Positions 57,511 to 64,000 of a DNA stretch of 64,000 nt are shown piece after piece. Position numbers and translations under genes: made by a program. The stretch lies in assembly GCA_964016885.1 (NCBI GenBank), contig OZ024743.1:214396001-214460000 (forward strand). Direction: 5' to 3'. Source of the stretch: Eledone cirrhosa (Eukaryota). Below the pieces are notes generated by a model. That model was not told the DNA's origin, did no database searches, and saw only the letters and a list, made by a program, of their open reading frames with translations. The stretch's first letter is position 1. The number at the start of each line of letters is the position of its first letter.

Positions 57511-57911
57511 TATATATATATATATATATGCATTTTCGATTAATGTGTATATATATATTCATTTTCGATCAATATATATCTATACATTGAAATGAGCTAT
57601 GTGTATAAACTTTCTTTATTCTTAATTGAAATAAACCAGGATTCGAAGTAATTATTGCAAAACGGAAAATATTTCGAGTAGATTTCTTTGTGAAGCAATA
57701 CGTCGAATACATTTAAAGAAATGCCAATGAATTATTTAGACATAAAACAGTGACATTAAAGGGTTATAATGTAGCATGAATCTACTGACTGCTACAATAA
57801 ATATTCTTCTAAAATCTCTTTCAACAATGTTGACGTTAGTTTTAATCCTCCCAGGTCGTTTTGGTGTTTGAGGACGATGTAAGTCCTTCGCAATCTGTGT
57901 TTGCATGCGGT

Positions 57912-58066
57912 TACGCTCTGAGTTCAACTCCTGTCGCGGCTTAATCTGTCCTCCGTCCTAACGCCGTCAATAAAATAGAGTACCAGTAACGCACTGGGTC
58001 TATTCGATCAACTTTTCCCTCGCCCTTCAAATTGCTGGCCTTGTGCTTAAAGTAGAAACAAGTATT
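57912..58066 (+). mobile_element. Diverged SINE copy
   Basis: ctgagttcaactcc...gtaccagt...attgctggccttgtgcttaaagtagaaacaa. Confidence 0.75.
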
Positions 58067-58079
58067 ACTATTTATATTC

Positions 58080-59100
58080 GCACTTGTGGAACCACACCAA
58101 AATATCAAATATCAAATATCCAACTTGTTGATTCTCTTTCGGCAATTTTCAGAAAATGTAGTACCATGTAAGGAAATAATCCATATATTGGAGATGTATC
58201 TTCCTAAACCAGTAAGATGAACTGGTAACCGCATGCAAACACAGATTGCATAGGACTTACCTCGCCCTCAAACCCCATAACGACCCGGGTGGGGAGACAA
58301 GGGCTGATACCGCCCTCCCCAACTTGCCGAAAAAGTTAGAGGAAAACCCCAGCTTACATAGGTAGATGTATCTCTTTTCTTTTCCTCTTTGTCTTCTTCT
58401 TCCCCCTGTCTCATCCTATCACTTTCTTCCACCCCCTATTTTCTCCCTCGTCTGCTTTTCCTCTTTCGCCTACCCCGATGCAGCCCATCGGGCTTCTGTA
58501 GCATCAGTTCCCCACCCCTCTAATTTTAAGATAGATTTGACCGAATACGTTTTACTAACTACTTATAGCAGATGTGTTAAAACCCTTTAATTTTGTATCG
58601 GTTTTGTTACTACTAAATGTCTACAAGTTTTTTTATTCTCAACTTATTAACCTGTAATTGTAAGATAGCATTGTGATTTTTATTTTTTTTATTTCTCACT
58701 ATCTAATGTTATATATTTTTTTATTTCTTTCTATTATCTTTTATTGTCTCCTACTCTCATTCGATTTACCTATTCTATAACCTCCTTCCTCCACTTCATA
58801 CACTATCCTTAGAATCTGCTGTATACATATCACTTTCAACGCTTGGCCGCTCCACTCACTCTCCTATTGTTCTACAGGTAAGTTCAGTCACCCCTACCTC
58901 CCACCAAATGCCATGATAGACTTATTTGTGTTTACAACAAATTGTAACCAATCCTCTTGACAAATACAATCTTCCCATATAAGGAAGTACTCCCTTGACA
59001 AGTTCGGCTATTTATTCACCAGGCTACAAATTCTAATTTAGTCCAGAAATAGCCGTCGAAACGGCTTGAGCTCTGCAGTCAGGGTCATAATTTTTCCTAT
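58080..59100 (+). mobile_element. 3' remnant of a Hydra-like PLE (EN C-terminus plus pLTR), with an inverted piece at 57850-57914
   Basis: RKCS..CKEIIHIL and FLNQ*DELVTACKHR resemble the CQLC..E..HIL...LLN..E....CNHR end at 43775-43870. Ends in (TA)n. Confidence 0.65.
58992..59084 (+). ncRNA. Hammerhead ribozyme, U3-A8 core, in a PLE pLTR
   Basis: ccc-UUGACAA-guucggcuauuu...aaauagccguc-GAAA-cggcuugagcucugca-GUC-aggg. Sister copies show the intact stem III cggc/gccg and gggg. Confidence 0.7.
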
Positions 59101-59485
59101 ATATATATATATATATATATATACAGCCGCCAAACGCCCAGCTTTCTGCGACCGTTATACCACGTAAACAATCTCTCCCCCGCGAGAATATTTTCCTTGT
59201 AGTGGTCACTTCAAAATATTGTCCTTATATTTGATTGGGAGGGACGAGGCTGCGTGGTTACTGACACCGATTGTTAGTGAAGGGAACATAGAAAGGACAT
59301 ATACATTTTCCCTTCATCAGGTGTCTACTACGGTTCCCTCATAACATGTTGATAGTAATTTATGGGAGCACTACGGATAGATTGTCTGTAATGTGCTGAA
59401 ATATCTGTGACCCGTACTAGACAACTGACGAATGGCAAATATCTATCTTTTGTTTGTGTTCCCTTTTCTAACACTATATATATAT

Positions 59486-60850
59486 ACTAAGAGTGGGAAA
59501 TGAAATTTCGTTTCGTTTTTTTCCGTTTATCGTTTTCGGTGCACCCGGCCGATTAACCCACTCGATATGCAAATTGGGCTACTCAGCCGTTAATATGCAT
59601 AAGGTAAGTATATACGTTCAACAATCTGGCAGGAAGGTATACGTTGCTGACGATAGCTAATAAGCTTGAAACTAGTACAGCCTTCCTTTGTCAGTGTTGA
59701 ACAAACGAACAACGATGGTTGCTAGACACTACGGCTTAATACGGGATGTTTGTTTACAAGCACACCGACCATTATAATAAATGTTCGGTGAATCCATACG
59801 TGCATATATACATGTGTGCATGTATGTATATATATATAATTCCTACTGTACGTCTGTATACATATATGTATGTACGTGTACATACTTATATTTAAGTAAC
59901 AGCCGTACTAAGAGGGGGAAAGATGTTTCATTTAATTTTTATCCGTTCATCGTTTTCGGTGCACCCGGCCGATTGACCCACTCGATATGCAAATTAGGCT
60001 ACTTAGCCGTTAATATGCATAAGGTAAGTATATACGTTCAACAATCTGGCAGGAAGGTATACGTTGCTGACGATAGCTAATAAGCATGAAACTAGTACAG
60101 CGTTCCTTTGTCAGTGTCGAAGAAACGAGCAACGATGGTTGCTGGACACTACGGCTTAATACGGGATGTTTGTTTACAAGCACACCGACCATTATAATAA
60201 ATGTTCGGTGAATCCATACGTGCATATATATATATGTGTGCATGTATGTATATATATATATACATACTACTGTACGTCTGTATACATATATGTATGTACG
60301 TGTACATATTTATATTTAATTGACAGCCGTAATAAGAGTGGGAAATGAAATTTCGTTTCATTTTTTTCCGTTTATCGTTTTCGGTGCACCTGGCCGATTA
60401 ACCCACTCGATATGCAAATTGAGCTACTCAGCTGTTAATATGCATAAGGTAAGTATATACGTTCAACAATCTGGCAGGAAGGTATTTGTTGCTGACGATA
60501 GCTAATAAGCTTGAAACTAGTACAGCGTTCCTTTGTCAGTGTTGAACAAACGAACAACGGTGGTTGCTAGACACTTAATACGGGATGTTTGTTTACAAAC
60601 ACACCGAGCATTATAATAAATGTTTGGTGAATCCGTACGTACATATATATATCTGTGCATATATGTATATATATACATACTACTGTACGTCTGTATACAT
60701 ATATGTAAGTACGTATAATACTTATATTTAAGTAACAGCCGTACTAAAAGTGGGAATAAATTTCGTTTCATATATATATATATATATTTATAGCGAATGT
60801 TATAATAAATATTCGCTAAACTGATACGTACATATACATATGTGTGCCTG

Positions 60851-60889
<39 letters not shown>

Positions 60890-60891
60890 GC

Positions 60892-60973
<82 letters not shown>

Positions 60974-61396
60974 GCTACTGTACGTCTGTATACATATATG
61001 TATGTACGTATACATACATACTTACATTTACGTAAGTGCCGTACTAAGAGTGAGAAATGAAATTTCGTTTCATTCTATTCCAACTTATCGTTTTCGGTGC
61101 GCCTGGCCGACTGAACTCACTCGATATGCAAATTAGGCTGCTCAGCCGTTAATTTTCATAAGAAAAGTATATACTTTCGAACGTTCAACCATCTGGCAGA
61201 AGGGTATACTGTGCTGACGATAGCTAACAAGCTTGAAACTAGTACATCGTTCCTGTGTCAGTGTTGAACAAAAAGGTGACGTGGTTGCCTTAATACCGTA
61301 CGGCATAAATCAGTCTGTCCGTTTGTTTACAAACGGACAAAGCGTATGTTATAATAAATATTCGCTAAACTGATACGTACATATATGTATGTGTGC

Positions 61397-61442
<46 letters not shown>

Positions 61443-61497
61443 GCTACTGTACGTCTGTATACATATATGTATGTACGTATACATACATAATTACATT
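59486..61497 (+). mobile_element. Family F tandem array (~420-425-bp units) with hammerheads at 59641-59683, 60061-60103, 60486-60528 and 61208-61250
   Basis: Direct repeats, each with one CUGACGA-uagcu-aaua-agcuu-GAAACUAGUA motif and an internal TA-rich tract. Confidence 0.88.
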
Positions 61498-61502
61498 TAT
61501 AT

Positions 61503-61598
<96 letters not shown>

Positions 61599-62831
61599 TA
61601 TGAAAATAGACAGAGAAGCCTTCAATACATAAAAAATCTTTATTAGCCTACAATGTTTCGTCCCATTAATAAGGACTCATCAGGGCAATTAAACAGATAA
61701 GAAGGTGTTAACGGCCACAACAAGCCAAAACTCTGAAGAAGAGAGAATTCATATCTATGAGAGCTTATGAGAGATATGAAGGAAAAGCATGCTAAAGCTA
61801 AAAGTTTGCAGTTGCAAAAATAGATTATATGTCAAGGAAGTGAGTAAAATGTCAAACCCACGTTGAAATTACAGTATGATACAAATACATTAAATACAAC
61901 ATGATATTATAATATGAGAATTACAATACAATATAATGGGTAATAAAGCTTAATATATGTATATATATATATATATCCATATAGATATATACATTTACAC
62001 AAATACATACTAACACTTAATAAGTATAAATATACTCTTGATAATATAAAATAAAAATAAAAACTCCCTGACGGGGCGCATAAACTATACAAAAAATAAA
62101 CTATACAAAAAATAAGCTATACAAGAAATAATATAATATAATATAATAATATAATAAAATAATATTCAGACATCAAAAATATACAAAACCACGTCACACA
62201 TATCACTTAATGTCAACATGTTGTATATAAAGTTTTACAAGGGCAAGAAAAAATATCTTAATAAAACTGGAGTATGTTGAAAAATATATATATATACATA
62301 AATACATAAGTACATAAGGTATTGATAATAAGTTCATAGGGGTATATGCAGTTTACATTTATAAGTTATCACAAAATATTATAAAATATAACAAAACAGT
62401 ACCTTATTTTTTGTAAAGTTTATTTTTTGTATATTTTATGCGCACCGTCAGGGAGTTTTTATTTTTATTTGATATTATAAAGAGTATATTTATACTTATT
62501 AAGTGTTAGTATGTATTTCTGTAAATGTATATATATATATGGATATATATATATATATACATATATTAAGCTTTATTACCCATTATATTGTATTGTAATT
62601 CTAATATTATATTACCATGTTGTATTTAATTTATTTGTATCATACTGTAATTTCAACGTGGGTTTGACATTTTACTCACTTCCTTGGCATATAATCTATT
62701 TTTGCAACTGCAAACTTTTAGCTTTAGCATGCTTTTCCTTCATATCTCTCATAAGCTCTCATAGATATAAATTCCCTATTCTTCTGAGTTTTGGATTGTT
62801 CTGGCCGTTAATGCTTCTTATCTGTTTAATT

Positions 62832-62872
62832 GCCCTGATGAGTCCTTATTAATGGGACGAAACATTGTAGGC
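62832..62872 (+). ncRNA. Minimal type I hammerhead ribozyme in a PLE pLTR
   Basis: gcc-CUGAUGA-guccu-uauuaau-gggac-GAAA-cauu-GUA-ggc. Confidence 0.85.
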
Positions 62873-63092
62873 TAATAAAGATGTTTGATGTATTGAAGGC
62901 TTCTTTGTCTATTTTTATAATTTTTCGGCTCTGTTGTATTACATTGAGCTATATCCTATACTGTCATTTCTATGATATGACGAGTGTGTTTTACTCCAAC
63001 GCACTCTAGTATTTTAATTCTTACTACGGCTCCCGATTGGTTGAGCTTTTTCCTATATACTGGTGTTTTGACCTTTATATATATCTGACAGT

Positions 63093-64000
63093 ATGCTAAC
63101 AAAGAGCTACTTGCCTTTATCTCTGAAGAATATTCCCATCCCCTCTAGAAATGCTTATGAAAAACTCTTGATTGCTAGCGTTAACTCTTTCGTAAAAAGG
63201 ATTAAATGGCGTGCTTTCCACTTTGATATTAACAGGAATAGGTTAACCCCCGGGATAAAACTCCATTCAATAACTTTGGCTTCAAGACTTATAAAAGTCC
63301 ACCGCATAATGTTCTATTAGATAATTTTGAGAACGATTTACTTTCCCTTGTCAAAAATATAAAATATAAGCCGCACAATAAATATGGGAACTATAATAAA
63401 TTTGACAGGTTCCAGTCTAAATTTAGGAATATTGTTAAGGATTTTAAAGGGAATAAGTCTATTCTAGTCCCGGCTGACAAAACTAAGAATCTTTACTCTA
63501 TGGATTATATTACTTACCGTAGTTTTATTTATAAGGAACTGCATAAAAATTACAAAAAGACAATGCAGGATAATTTGGATCAAATCAATAATGAGGGCCT
63601 CAAGATAGTTTCGGATTTGGGTATTGATACGTATAACCAACCATATTACCCTAGGGAACCGAGATTCACACTTAAGGATCATAAGGTAGACTTTATAAGT
63701 AATCCTTCTGTTAGACTTATCAGTCCTTCTAAGTCTGATATAGCTATTATTAGTAAGAAAATCCTTGACCTGATTATACCTACCGTTAGGGAAAAGGTTC
63801 ATTTTAATCTATGGGGAAATACTAGGGATGTGATAGATTGGTTCTCTGGTATCAATAAACTTGAGTCTAGTAGGTTTATCCAGTTTGATATAGACGCCTA
63901 TTACACGTCGATTTCACATATCCTCCTTAATAAGGCCTTAATTATGGCCACAAGAATGTCTAGTCTTACGCCACCCCAGATAGATGTTATACTAGCCGCC
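63093..64000 (+). pseudogene. PLE ORF N-terminus and start of RT, one frameshift near 63250
   Basis: SLKNIPIPS...FVKRIKWRAFHF, then FGFKT...FENDL...LVPADKTKNLY...FTLKDHK...VRLISPSKSDI..ISK.ILD...LWGNT..VIDWF...FIQFDIDAYY.SI. Confidence 0.88.

Larger units (their letters stand above)
61597..64000 (+). mobile_element. Hydra-clade-like PLE, 5' part: inverted pLTR (61597-62116), direct pLTR (62403-62921), then the ORF from 63093 running off the window
   Basis: Inverted arms with hammerheads at 61646-61686 (-) and 62832-62872 (+). The ORF is homologous to 41875-42450. Confidence 0.9.

Noticed and set aside
59280-59325. CUGAUGA-aggg...cccu on the minus strand; also half motifs at 1464-1490 and 4479-4517
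   Set aside because: The matching other half of the hammerhead core was not found.

Overview
Repeat-dominated, AT-rich animal DNA with no confidently identifiable host gene. It is probably from a coleoid cephalopod such as an octopus, inferred from the tRNA-derived SINE and the heavy (TA)n load. The main components are: (1) a ~19 kb head-to-tail array of decayed L1/Tx1-type LINEs on the minus strand (10565-29613), each separated by (TAA)n, with an almost intact R4/Dong-clade RLE retrotransposon inserted in one of the (TAA)n spacers; (2) Penelope-like elements (PLEs): two Hydra-clade-like copies with RT, one EN remnant and one canonical RT+GIY-YIG copy; (3) about ten different short non-coding repeat families sitting in (TA)n microsatellites, with tandem and/or inverted pLTR/retrozyme-like architecture. 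Most of these carry a hand-foldable type I hammerhead ribozyme (more than 20 motifs), and at least five loci use a non-canonical U3-A8 core (UUGANAA); (4) RTE and CR1-like LINE fragments, SINEs, a non-autonomous Helitron and many microsatellites. All ribozyme calls come from manual folding and are untested. Clade names are assigned from recalled motifs, not from a phylogeny.
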